Assembly (NCBI GenBank): GCA_963788655.1 | Contig: CAWBHS010000091.1 | Coordinates: forward strand, 1 to 57,449 | Length of the DNA stretch: 57,449 nt | From: an uncultured Verrucomicrobiae bacterium | GTDB lineage: Bacteria > Verrucomicrobiota > Verrucomicrobiia > Limisphaerales > JAFGQR01 | Direction of reading: 5' to 3' | Program-made: the position numbers and the translations under genes | In this document: positions 30,945 through 41,672 of the stretch, piece after piece | Numbering within the stretch: position 1 is the first letter of the stretch | Layout of the letters: the number at the start of each line of letters is the position of its first letter | Notes under the pieces: generated by a model | Database searches by the model: none | The model's input: only the letters and a program-made list of their open reading frames with translations | What the model was told of the DNA's origin: nothing

Positions 30945-32126
30945 ATGAGGACGGAACTTACTTTGGTGCCGAGCAAGAACAGGCTCATTCCTGGCAGCCT
31001 GGGCCGTTGGCTGTTGCTGATGGCCGTTGGAATCGGCGCCTGCCTGGGACAGTCCTCTCCGGTTCCAGATACGCTACCGGAGGCCAACGTCACTGCCAGC
31101 CACAAACAAGCGTCGGTGGCTTTGGTCCCAGCGACCATCCCGAAAGCATTCATCTGGTCCAATCCGCTTCCGTTTGAATACGCCGAAGGCCAGACGACTC
31201 CTCGCCGCGAAGTGCGCGATCCGTGCATCCTTCACGAAGGGGATCGTTACTACTTCGTCTTCACGATGTGGCCGTTTGCCAATCGCGACGAGCGACGCCT
31301 GGCGTTGCCGAACAATGGTTCGTCGCCGGGGATTGCGTTGTATTCGTCGCCGGATTTGCAGCACTGGAAGTTCGAAAACTGGCTGGTGAAGTCGTCGGAA
31401 TTGCCGGTGAACTGTCCCTACAAACATCGCTTCTGGGCGCCGGAAATTCACAAGCTGGGCGGCAAGTTCTATTTGATCTTCACGGCCGACAATTGGCTGA
31501 AGCAGGAATACAACCCGGCGGGAACGTGGGGCACCGCCGGCTACGCGTTTGTCGGCGTCGCGGACCAGGTTGCCGGCCCCTACGAACACATCACCTACAT
31601 CCCCGGCGCCGCGTGCGACACGTCGCTCTTCGAGGACACCGATGGCACAACCTACGCCCTCATCCCGCGTTACCACATTGACGTGCAGCAAATCGACCTC
31701 ACGAATTTGTCGCACGGCGAGGTGCGGCTCGTGGGCCAACCGAAGCAGGTCGTCGCGGCGGACAATACCGACCTCGGCATTGCCGCCAAACCGGACTATC
31801 TCGAAGGGCCGTGGCTGGAGCGAATCCACGGTTGGTATTACCTGTTTTATGCGGAGATTTATCGGGACAAAACCTACCCTGACTGGCTGGGTTATCACAC
31901 CGGCGTGGCGGTGGCCAAGAAGGTGTTGGGACCTTATCAGAAAGACGCGCGCGGCCGGATTTTCGAGGGCGGCCACCTGGCTGTGTTTGATGGACCGGAT
32001 CAAAGCAAATGGTTTTCCTACCGCGGCGAATCGCGCAACCCCGCCCGCGGTTTGCTTTGCGTGGATCCGTTTGAAATCGATGCCGACCATCGCGTGCAGA
32101 CCGCCGCGCCAACGCTCGGGCACTAA
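30945..32126 (+). CDS. Glycoside hydrolase family 43
   Basis: VRDP, WAPEI, DTSLF and LEGPW five-bladed propeller motifs; N-terminal signal. Confidence 0.85.
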   Translation: MRTELTLVPSKNRLIPGSLGRWLLLMAVGIGACLGQSSPVPDTLPEANVTASHKQASVALVPATIPKAFIWSNPLPFEYAEGQTTPRREVRDPCILHEGDRYYFVFTMWPFANRDERRLALPNNGSSPGIALYSSPDLQHWKFENWLVKSSELPVNCPYKHRFWAPEIHKLGGKFYLIFTADNWLKQEYNPAGTWGTAGYAFVGVADQVAGPYEHITYIPGAACDTSLFEDTDGTTYALIPRYHIDVQQIDLTNLSHGEVRLVGQPKQVVAADNTDLGIAAKPDYLEGPWLERIHGWYYLFYAEIYRDKTYPDWLGYHTGVAVAKKVLGPYQKDARGRIFEGGHLAVFDGPDQSKWFSYRGESRNPARGLLCVDPFEIDADHRVQTAAPTLGH

Positions 32127-32254
32127 ACCAATCCTTGATGCCTCGAACTCTGGATCGTCAGAGACCGGCCGAACTAAAGCGGTTTCGATTGGATCGTTTT
32201 GCACCTTGGCGGCAACCAACTTTCAATCGATTTACCCGCGGTAAACGATCCAAC

Positions 32255-34816
32255 CTACCGCCAGAAGCTGAAGCCAGACGTTTTCAGCGCTTCCGAAATA
32301 CCCCGACGTTGCGCCTCGGCCAGGAACGCATTTTTCAACTCGGTGCCGAATGCATCCGGATCGATCAAGGAGCGCAAGTCGTCGTCGTACGCACCGACCT
32401 GTTTCCACTCGCGGTCCCGCTGGGGCCGGTTGGGAAGCTTGGCGGCAACGAGCCGGTCCAGTTTGAACCGCGCGACCAGCGCGTTTTGCTTGGGATAAGG
32501 TTGCTCGGATACCGTCGTGCTGTCCAATTCGTCGCCGGCCAATCCCAGGTACGCGGCGGGTTTGCCAGTGAGGCGGGCGACGATTTCCGCGGCGGCTTTT
32601 CGATTGGGGAAGTGGGCCACCGTTTGTCCCTGCACGCGCAGCGCTCGCAGACACGGATCTTCCCCGGCTGCCACCCGGAGCAAATCCAAGTATGATGCGT
32701 CCGTCAACCGGTCAAAATTGAGGCCGGCGAGCGAGTAACTAAAAAAGACCTTGTGCGGTTGGGCGGAGCAGGCACGTCGATACGCCCGGACCAGGAACGC
32801 CTGTTCCGACTGGTCCAGATGCCGGGGCATCAACATATCCGGTGAAAGATTCAACTTCGGCGGGCCGTTTACCGGGGAACCCTGCCGGTTCAGTCGCATC
32901 GTGTCTTGATGGAACGGGAGATTGGGAGCGATCTCGAAATCAATGCCGGCGCCCTGTTGGTAAATTTCGTGATGGAAAATCGAATACAAGCCGACGCGCC
33001 GCAGAGCTTTCGTGGCGACCTCCGGGTCGGGATGCCGCGCTAACACCCAGGCAACGTAAACCGCGCGCTGCGCGTCGTCGCCGTCCAACACCGGCAGCAA
33101 TAACTGCGCAGTTGCCGGGCCGGCGCACGTGGTCAGCACCCGGAGCGCGCAGTCCTCGGTCGGTTTGCCGAACTGCGCCAGGGCGGCGGATTCGCGTTGG
33201 GCCCGTTCCGTCTCATTCGGGCAAGGAATGTCGAGCAGGCATTGCGCGGCTTGTTCGCGGACGGTTGCTTGAGGATTTCCGAGTTCCGCATTGAGTAGCT
33301 CCAGAGCTTGTGAGCGCCGTTCGCCGGTTATGGCGCGGGCGCGGACGGCGCTGAGGCGGACCGCTGAATTGGTTGAAGCTAACAAGTGATCAGTCACCCG
33401 CCCTTTGAAAGGAACCTGGTGATCCGTGCATACATTGAGGATGGTCGCCGCTGCCTGGGCGAGCGCCGGGATTTGGAAGTCCGCCGCGCCGTGGGTCGCA
33501 ACCCTTTCCGCCGCGCGAACCAGGGCTTGGTCAAACATGTGATTCGTGCCAGCCGGCACCTTCGCGGCGAAAGCCGCCAGCGTTTGCAGGTTGGTTTCGT
33601 TTTCCATTAATGGAAGCAGCACCAAGGCGAGATCGTGACGCGGCCAACCCAGACTATGCGGCACCAACCCAGGGTGCGCGCGGCCATAGATCTTTTGAAC
33701 GCGGCGCAAGAATGCCACCTTGCGGTCCAGCGCCAACTCGCTTCGCACCACCCCCTGGACCCACTGTTCGCGGGTGAAGTCGTTTTGCTGCTGGAGCAGG
33801 TTCATCACTTCGTCCACGGAAGCATCGGTGCCTTCAATCTCCAGGTAGGCGGCGAACAAGCCACCCATCTGCCAACGATTCGCATCGGTCCACAACCGCC
33901 GGATGTCCGGCAGCGCTGTCTGGTCTTTCCAAAGTTGCAAAATGCCCAGGGCATCCGCCATCGCGTCTTCGGTGTGAAGCATTTGCAGCACAAACGGGCG
34001 AAGCTCCGGGCGGGGCAGGGCGGCCAGCCTCTTCTGTCGCTCGACGTAGAACTCATTCATGACCTTGCCCGCGCGCCGGGTGTTTTCCAGGAACTCGATT
34101 TGGTTCGTCGTCAGCCCGTGCTTTGCCGGATCGAGTTTGTCCAAGGCAAGCAACGCCGCCCCCGCAATTTCCCACCGGACATCCTGCGTCTTACGTTCCA
34201 ACGGTCCAATGGCCGCAGGTTGTCCGAGTTTCACCAGGCGCTCGAGGATGGGTTTCAACTCGAAATAGTGTTTTCGGTCGAGGCACTGGACCAACAACTC
34301 TGTCGCTCGGTCCGGCTGGCCCAACGCTTCCGCAAAGCGCGCGCGGTTTTCAGGATCCGGGAAACGTTCGGCATCGTCCAGAGCCGTTGCGAGCAGCATG
34401 CGGGCGCGGGGATCGCCGGCCGCCCGACACAGGCTGAGGGTCGCTTGGTGATTCAGTCCGAGCGTCCGCTCGCTCGCCAGGCGCACCAGCGCGTCAACCA
34501 GGCTCGGGCGGACCGGCAGCGTGTCCAGGATGACCAGGCAATTGGAAGCCACGACAGTGCTGGGCGCTGCCAATCCCGCAACCAATTGGGGATACACTCG
34601 CTCGCCACGCTGTCGGAGCCAGAAGCGCGGTCGTTCGTCATAAGACAAGGTGTCATCGCGGACGGCGAGTGCCTGGATCTTCTGGTTCACCACTGCCGGA
34701 TCCGGCGCGTCATCCAGCGCCGCAGCCGCGTTGCTCCGACTGACGGCCACAATGATTGCGACCGCGAACCCCAACCAAAGGAAGGCGCGCCAACGGCACT
34801 CTTTGATCGTTATCAT
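32255..34816 (-). CDS. Exported HEAT/armadillo-repeat protein
   Basis: Signal peptide and repeated helical units (LVKLGQPAAIGPL..D.RWEIAGAALLAL; VREQAAQCL). Confidence 0.65.
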   Translation of the reverse strand: MITIKECRWRAFLWLGFAVAIIVAVSRSNAAAALDDAPDPAVVNQKIQALAVRDDTLSYDERPRFWLRQRGERVYPQLVAGLAAPSTVVASNCLVILDTLPVRPSLVDALVRLASERTLGLNHQATLSLCRAAGDPRARMLLATALDDAERFPDPENRARFAEALGQPDRATELLVQCLDRKHYFELKPILERLVKLGQPAAIGPLERKTQDVRWEIAGAALLALDKLDPAKHGLTTNQIEFLENTRRAGKVMNEFYVERQKRLAALPRPELRPFVLQMLHTEDAMADALGILQLWKDQTALPDIRRLWTDANRWQMGGLFAAYLEIEGTDASVDEVMNLLQQQNDFTREQWVQGVVRSELALDRKVAFLRRVQKIYGRAHPGLVPHSLGWPRHDLALVLLPLMENETNLQTLAAFAAKVPAGTNHMFDQALVRAAERVATHGAADFQIPALAQAAATILNVCTDHQVPFKGRVTDHLLASTNSAVRLSAVRARAITGERRSQALELLNAELGNPQATVREQAAQCLLDIPCPNETERAQRESAALAQFGKPTEDCALRVLTTCAGPATAQLLLPVLDGDDAQRAVYVAWVLARHPDPEVATKALRRVGLYSIFHHEIYQQGAGIDFEIAPNLPFHQDTMRLNRQGSPVNGPPKLNLSPDMLMPRHLDQSEQAFLVRAYRRACSAQPHKVFFSYSLAGLNFDRLTDASYLDLLRVAAGEDPCLRALRVQGQTVAHFPNRKAAAEIVARLTGKPAAYLGLAGDELDSTTVSEQPYPKQNALVARFKLDRLVAAKLPNRPQRDREWKQVGAYDDDLRSLIDPDAFGTELKNAFLAEAQRRGISEALKTSGFSFWR

Positions 34817-34908
34817 GGTGCCATCCTACCCGACTTTGGTCTGCCAGCGTGTAAGTTAGTTGTAAAACCAGATGGCGATGGTCGGCAGCTTGAACACGAG
34901 TCATTGGG

Positions 34909-35300
34909 TCATTCTTTTGGCAACGCCCGCAACCTCCGCACGGCTTCGTCGGCAAGCTGTTCCCCGGCGCCGGGCGCCAAGGGGGCTGCTCCGCACCTCG
35001 TAGCCGCCTTCGGCGTAACTCGGACGCGTCGGCACGTAGCCGGCGGCGCCGTTGCAGTGTGTGAAGCCGAACGTGTGGCGAAACGGCGAGGTGGACTTGA
35101 TCGTCCGGCCCAGTTCGTTGAACACTTCCCCGCCCAGTCCCACAAACGCAACGTCGCCCAGACATCCCACCGTGACGTTGAAGGGCACCGGCAAAGTGGC
35201 GGAAGCTGGCGTTTCGTCGCGTGGTTTGCCGGGCAGTTTGATGGTCTTGAAAGCGGTCCGGATTGGACCCTTCACGGAGGCAACCTGAATCTGGTCGAGC
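34909..35300 (-). pseudogene. C-terminal remnant of a neutral-ceramidase-like hydrolase
   Basis: GDVAFVGLGGEVFNELG..IK..SPF..T..NG..GYVPT..Y.EGGYE motif only; the 5' part is missing. Confidence 0.65.
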
Positions 35301-35522
35301 ACAAGCAAAGCGTCTGAATCCCGGAAGGCATCTGGACTGCACGCCGAAGTACAGGGACGGGGCTGTATTCCATCCACGCGGCGTCTGATCGATTTCATGC
35401 CCGGAGCGTAACTACCGGCAAACCGAAGACAAGGGCGGAGTCAGCGGCAATCCTTGATCTGCCCAATTACATTCAATTCTAACCTTTCTTTTTAAGTCGG
35501 TTCCCTCCACCCTTGCTCCAAG

Positions 35523-35951
35523 ATGGATTCACGAAAACTGGCCTTGCTTTGCCGGGAATTAGCCGACAACCGAAAAGCGGAAGACGTAGTGGTGCTGGAT
35601 GTGCGCGAGATTTCCAGCATCACCGATTATTTCGTCATCGCCTCGGCGACCAGCGAGCCGCATTTGCGGGCAATCGCTGACGAAATCAACGAAAAACTCC
35701 GGGCAGAGCAGCACTTGCGTCCCCGCGCAGTGGACGGCACCATCTCGACCGCGTGGCTGGTACTGGATTTCTTCGACGTAATCGTCCACCTCATGCGCCA
35801 CGATGTTCGCCACCATTACGATTTGGAAGGTCTTTGGGGCGACGCCGCCCGCGTCCGCGCACGGCCGAAGGCGAAAGCCAAAGTCAAAACCACGAGCACG
35901 AGCACGACCAAGGCAAAGGCCAAAGCCAAAGCCAAAGGGAATCACCAATGA
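35523..35951 (+). CDS. rsfS: Ribosome silencing factor with Lys/Ala/Thr-rich tail
   Basis: KAEDVVVLDV, TDYFVIAS, WLVLDFFDVIVH, YDLEGLWGDA. Confidence 0.95.
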   Translation: MDSRKLALLCRELADNRKAEDVVVLDVREISSITDYFVIASATSEPHLRAIADEINEKLRAEQHLRPRAVDGTISTAWLVLDFFDVIVHLMRHDVRHHYDLEGLWGDAARVRARPKAKAKVKTTSTSTTKAKAKAKAKGNHQ

Positions 35952-36079
35952 CCAACGTCCAATGACCAGAGAAGGCCCAAGACCCAAGCGCCAATTCGAG
36001 GTTGGACGGTTTTTCCGTGAATGGCAGGTCATTGGAACTTGAACATTCTCTGGTCATTGGTCATCGGGCTTCGGTCATT
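35944..36079. repeat. Inverted heptamer array (CAATGAC / GGTCATT)
   Basis: Left arm accaatgaccaacgtccaatgacc..., right arm ggtcattggaacttgaacattctctggtcattggtcatcggg.... Confidence 0.8.
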
Positions 36080-36088
36080 TGAGACGGT

Positions 36089-36556
36089 ATGTTGAAGATC
36101 ATTTCCGGCGGACAAACCGGGGCCGATCGCGCGGCGCTGGATTGGGCGATTTTCCATGGTCTTCCTTGCGGTGGGTGGTGCCCGCGGGGACGTTTGGCGG
36201 AGGATGGCCCGATTTCCAATCGTTATCCCTTGAACGAAACGCCGGAGGCAGATTACGCGCAGCGAACGGAATGGAACGTGCGCGAAGCCAACGTCACGGT
36301 GGTCTTTTCACTGGCGCGGGTTTTGTCAGGCGGCTCGCGGTTGACTTGCGAACTGGCGAGTCAGATTGGCAAACCGTGTCTGCATCTCTCGCAAGCGGAC
36401 CATGGCGCCAAGGCTGCGGACATGTTGCGCGCCTTCCTGGCTCGGCACGAGGTTCAAAGCTTGAACATTGCCGGCCCGCGCGCTTCCCAGGAACCAGCCA
36501 TCAGCGACTTTGTGCAACGGACTTTGACCGCCGCTTTGCGAGACGCACCTGATTAG
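36089..36556 (+). CDS. Putative molybdenum carrier protein (SLOG family)
   Basis: KIISGGQTGADRAALD, GGWCPRGR.AEDG, RTEWNV, LNIAGPRAS. Confidence 0.88.
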   Translation: MLKIISGGQTGADRAALDWAIFHGLPCGGWCPRGRLAEDGPISNRYPLNETPEADYAQRTEWNVREANVTVVFSLARVLSGGSRLTCELASQIGKPCLHLSQADHGAKAADMLRAFLARHEVQSLNIAGPRASQEPAISDFVQRTLTAALRDAPD

Positions 36557-37002
36557 GCCATCCCGCCAAACGAAGTGTAATCATCGAGGTCCAGCAGATC
36601 GAACCACGTCTCGATGTCTTCGCGTCCGGGAGCGATTTTGGACTGTTCTTTTTGGAAGAACTCCCGGGCCTCGATCCCGGACGGGGCACGCTGCTCCTGG
36701 TGCGCCGACCAGACAGCGATTTCCTCGGGGGAACGTTTATATATGGCGTTCTCTTCCATCCAGGCCAGCATCTCACTGTCGGATCTGCCGGCGGCCAGTT
36801 GCGTCTTCACTGCTTCCGCCTCGAGGCCCATGAACGCCAGGAGCCGTTGGTCCACGGGGCAGTCAAAATGATACTCGCCGTTCGTGCCGGCCACAGTGGC
36901 GCGGCCTTTGTCCAGCATCCGCGGCAGAGTCACATAGCCGCCCAGTCGCGCGCGCGGACTGCGGGGCGGGTGTTGGGTCAGATTCGGTTCGAACATGTTC
37001 AT
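36553..37002 (-). CDS. DUF5069 family protein
   Basis: PPRSPRARLGGYVTLPRMLDKGRA..GEYHFDCP.D...FDLLDLDD. Confidence 0.85.
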   Translation of the reverse strand: MNMFEPNLTQHPPRSPRARLGGYVTLPRMLDKGRATVAGTNGEYHFDCPVDQRLLAFMGLEAEAVKTQLAAGRSDSEMLAWMEENAIYKRSPEEIAVWSAHQEQRAPSGIEAREFFQKEQSKIAPGREDIETWFDLLDLDDYTSFGGMA

Positions 37003-37224
37003 GTGTTTCCTTTCGTCAATCGATCAATGGTCACGCTCATTTAAAATCAATAACGGTTCCGCGCTTTGCCAAACAAATTCAGTTCAGCCGCCAGCGCGCG
37101 GCCTGGTTACGCTCCCGCGCCAGCAAAAGCAAATCCATTTAACAATCCGGTTTAACCCTGCTTACGCAGGCAGTGATGCTTCCGCTTGCAAACCTCGAGG
37201 AGGGAGCTAAGCTGCGAGAAATTT

Positions 37225-37668
37225 ATGGCGAAGGTTTTGGAAACGGAAAATTTGGTTTTTAAGCGCTCCCGCATCCACGGCACGGGGGGGTATGCCCGGC
37301 GTAATTTGAAGAAGGGAACGCTCCTGATCGAGTATGTGGGCCGGAAGATTACCAAGCAGGAAACCCTCAGCCTCTGCGAAGCCGGCAATGAGTTCATTTA
37401 CACGCTGGATGAGGACTACGACCTCGACGGCAATGTGTCTTGGAACCCGGCGCGCTTCATCAACCACAGTTGCGCGCCTAATTGCGAGGCGGACGAGCGG
37501 AATGGCCGGGTATGGATCGTGGCGTTGCGCAGCATCAAGGCTGGCGAGGAAGTCACCTACGATTACTGCTACGATCTGGAAGATTACCGGGATTTTCCGT
37601 GCCGTTGCGGCGCGCCCAATTGCTGCGGCTACATGGTGGCCGAAACGCTGCGGGATTCGATCCACTGA
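37225..37668 (+). CDS. SET-domain lysine methyltransferase with post-SET Zn motif
   Basis: SRIHGTG, IEYVG, ARFINHSCAPN, GEEVTYDY, CRCGAPNCCG. Confidence 0.92.
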   Translation: MAKVLETENLVFKRSRIHGTGGYARRNLKKGTLLIEYVGRKITKQETLSLCEAGNEFIYTLDEDYDLDGNVSWNPARFINHSCAPNCEADERNGRVWIVALRSIKAGEEVTYDYCYDLEDYRDFPCRCGAPNCCGYMVAETLRDSIH

Positions 37669-37701
37669 CCGGCGGTGCCCCGGCGCCGCGTACCAACGCG
37701 C

Positions 37702-38700
37702 ATGATTCGTTCGTTTGCATTCACTACCCAAGGCCGCCTGCACACGACGGACATCGAGACGTTCTTGATGCCGACGTTGCTGGCGGACACCAACCTGTTT
37801 CTTTGGGTGGATTTGGAAAAGCCCACGCCGGAAGAGGCCAAGTATGTGTTGGAGGACATTTTTCATTTCCACCCGCTGTCCATCGAGGACTGCGTGGTGG
37901 CCAGTCCGTCACCCAAGGTTGAGGAATACACGCCCAAGGAAGAGGACAAGTTTGCGCCGTACCTGTTCATGGTGATTCACGCGGTGGATTACAGCCGCAA
38001 GGACGGCGTGTTCGCCACCAGCGAACTGAATTTTTTTCTCGGCAAGAACTTTCTCGTGTCGTTCCACGAACTGCCGCTGAAGAGCATCCAAATCACCGCC
38101 GACCGGTGCATTAAAGGCACGGTGCACATTGCGCGCGCGCCGGACCGGGTGGCGCACACGTTGTTGGACGGCATTGTGGACAATTACAAACCGGCGCTCG
38201 AGGAACTGTCGTTCGAGATCGCCGAACTGGAGAGCCAGGTAGTCGAGGAACCCACCCGGGAAACTCTGAACAAGATCGTCCAGATCAAAAAGGAGGTGCA
38301 TCATTTGCGGCAGATCATCGGGCCGCAACGGGAGGTGTTGAGCCGGTTCGCGCGAGGCGAATTCAAGCTGATCCGCCCGCACATGGTGCCGTATTACCGC
38401 GATGTCTACGATCCACTGTTCCACATTTCCGAACTGGCCCAACGACACACGGATTCCTTGACCGGCATTTTGCAGGTGTATTTGAACATGTCCTCCAACC
38501 AGACCGGCGAAGTGGTCAAGCTGCTGACGCTGATCACGGTGATCACCACGCCGCTGATGATCGTCGGCACGTGGTATGGCATGAATTTCAAGGACATGCC
38601 CGAAGTGCATACGCGCTACGGGTATTGGATGGCGGTCGGCATCACCTTGTGCTCGACCTTGGGAACATTTTGGTGGTTCAAACGGAAGAAATGGATTTGA
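37702..38700 (+). CDS. corA: Magnesium/cobalt transporter CorA
   Basis: HPLSIED, LGKNFL and YGMNF between the two C-terminal TMs. Confidence 0.95.
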   Translation: MIRSFAFTTQGRLHTTDIETFLMPTLLADTNLFLWVDLEKPTPEEAKYVLEDIFHFHPLSIEDCVVASPSPKVEEYTPKEEDKFAPYLFMVIHAVDYSRKDGVFATSELNFFLGKNFLVSFHELPLKSIQITADRCIKGTVHIARAPDRVAHTLLDGIVDNYKPALEELSFEIAELESQVVEEPTRETLNKIVQIKKEVHHLRQIIGPQREVLSRFARGEFKLIRPHMVPYYRDVYDPLFHISELAQRHTDSLTGILQVYLNMSSNQTGEVVKLLTLITVITTPLMIVGTWYGMNFKDMPEVHTRYGYWMAVGITLCSTLGTFWWFKRKKWI

Positions 38701-38756
38701 TCGTGCAGATTTGGCGGCCATTCCGAATCCTTAAAACACCGCCGGGCGAAAGCTGT

Positions 38757-38817
38757 GGAATTCGGTCTTTCGGACTTCGAGCTTCTCTCGGATTTCGACT
38801 TTTGGACCTCGGATTTG
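38757..38817. repeat. TTCGGA-type degenerate heptamer array
   Basis: ggaattcggtctttcggacttcgagcttctctcggatttcg.... Reverse-complement similar to 52900-52958 and related to 40118-40250. Confidence 0.7.
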
Positions 38818-38840
38818 CCCTGCCTCATTCGTGAATTGCC

Positions 38841-40103
38841 ATGCCTGCTGGAACGTCCAGTTTTCTTGATCGGGTGCTCGGCCGTATTGGCCGCCTGGAT
38901 GCCGAGGGATTGCAGACGGTCATCCAACGGCTGGCTCGCGAACGGGCGTTTCTCGAAACGCTGTTCAAGTCCATCGAGGACGGGGTGCTGGTCGTGGACG
39001 AGAACGAGAATGTTCTCTATTTCAATCGCGCGGTCACCCGGTTGCTCGGGCTGCCGCCGCAGGGCGTGGAAGGCCAGCCAATTAGCCGGTGGCTACCGGA
39101 ATTGGATTGGCGGAAGCTGGCGTCCTTTGACCGGGCGGGCGGGACGCACGTGGTGCGGCAAGAGATTGAGGTCACCTATCCGCGTCCGCGTTTTCTGAGT
39201 TTGTATGTCGCGCCGTTGGACGGCGAAGCCGCCGGCAGTTCGGGACTGGCGCTGATTGTTCACGATGTCACCGAGGCCCGGCAAAAAACCTTCGAAGCCA
39301 TCGAAAGCGAACGGATTCAAGCGCTGACGTTGCTCGCCGCCAGTGTCGCGCATGAAATCGGCAATCCCCTCAATGCGCTGCGCATTCATCTGCAACTCAT
39401 GGAGCGGGAGATTAAGAAACTGCGTACCGCCCCGGCGGAACGGCGCTCTGACCGCAAGCCAGGGCTTGGACGGCGCCAAGCGGCGGCTCCCGGCTCCGAG
39501 GCAGAAGCGTTGGATATTGCAGACAAACTGGATAAATATCTGGGAGTCTGCAAAGGCGAAATCACGCGGCTGGACTACATCATCACCCAATTTCTTCAGG
39601 CCATCCGGCCTTCGCCGCCGCAATTGCAGCCGGTGTCGCTTAACGACGTGGTTTTGGAAACGCTCCAATTGCTTAAGCCGGAAATTGAGAATCGCGGGTT
39701 GACGCTGCGCAAAAAGCTGGCCGTCAATTTGCCGGCAGTACCGGTTGATCCGGCGCAGATCAAGCAGGCGCTGGTGAACCTGATCAAGAACGCCCTCCAA
39801 GCCATGAGCAAAGGCGGTACGCTGACCCTGCAAACGGACCTGGCCGACGATGGCGTTTATTTGACGGTGGCGGATACCGGCGGCGGCATTGCTCCCGAGC
39901 GCATCCAGCGGTTGTTCGAGCCGTTTTACACCACCAAGAAGAAGGGCACCGGCCTGGGCTTGATGATTGTCCAGCGCATCGTCCGGGAACACGCGGGGCG
40001 CATCGGCTTGGAAAGCCACGTGGGCAAAGGGACGGCGTTCCGCGTGTGGCTGCCATTGCACGAGCGGCGGATTCGTTTGTTGCATGAAGGCAAACCGCAG
40101 TGA
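38841..40103 (+). CDS. PAS-domain sensor histidine kinase (NtrB/AtoS-like)
   Basis: PAS domain, AHEIGNPL H-box, NLIKNA, DTGGG, FEPFYTTK, GTGLGL. Confidence 0.93.
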   Translation: MPAGTSSFLDRVLGRIGRLDAEGLQTVIQRLARERAFLETLFKSIEDGVLVVDENENVLYFNRAVTRLLGLPPQGVEGQPISRWLPELDWRKLASFDRAGGTHVVRQEIEVTYPRPRFLSLYVAPLDGEAAGSSGLALIVHDVTEARQKTFEAIESERIQALTLLAASVAHEIGNPLNALRIHLQLMEREIKKLRTAPAERRSDRKPGLGRRQAAAPGSEAEALDIADKLDKYLGVCKGEITRLDYIITQFLQAIRPSPPQLQPVSLNDVVLETLQLLKPEIENRGLTLRKKLAVNLPAVPVDPAQIKQALVNLIKNALQAMSKGGTLTLQTDLADDGVYLTVADTGGGIAPERIQRLFEPFYTTKKKGTGLGLMIVQRIVREHAGRIGLESHVGKGTAFRVWLPLHERRIRLLHEGKPQ

Positions 40104-40117
40104 GAGGAGGGGCGAGT

Positions 40118-40250
40118 GAAATCCGAAGGCCGAAATCCGAGATCCGAAGGGCTCCGGCGGGGCGAAGTGCGTAGGGGAGGCGAAATGGAAGTTGATTCGG
40201 AAATTGGATATTCGGTTTCGTTCGGGTTTCGGATTTGGTCTTTGGACTTT
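40118..40250. repeat. Inverted AATCCGA/TTCGGAT heptamer array
   Basis: gaaatccgaaggccgaaatccgagatccgaagg ... ttcggtttcgttcgggtttcggatttgg, between the kinase and the regulator. Confidence 0.7.
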
Positions 40251-40300
40251 AGCTATGGCGGTTGCGATTGATCTGTTATAGTTTTGCCTTTTTAGGTTCC

Positions 40301-41671
<1,371 letters not shown>

Positions 41672-41672
41672 C

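Noticed and set aside
33635..35317. 560-aa plus-strand ORF and other long antisense ORFs (e.g. 39093-40577, 31074-32219)
   Set aside because: Shadow ORFs opposite real genes, expected in high-GC DNA; no motifs.
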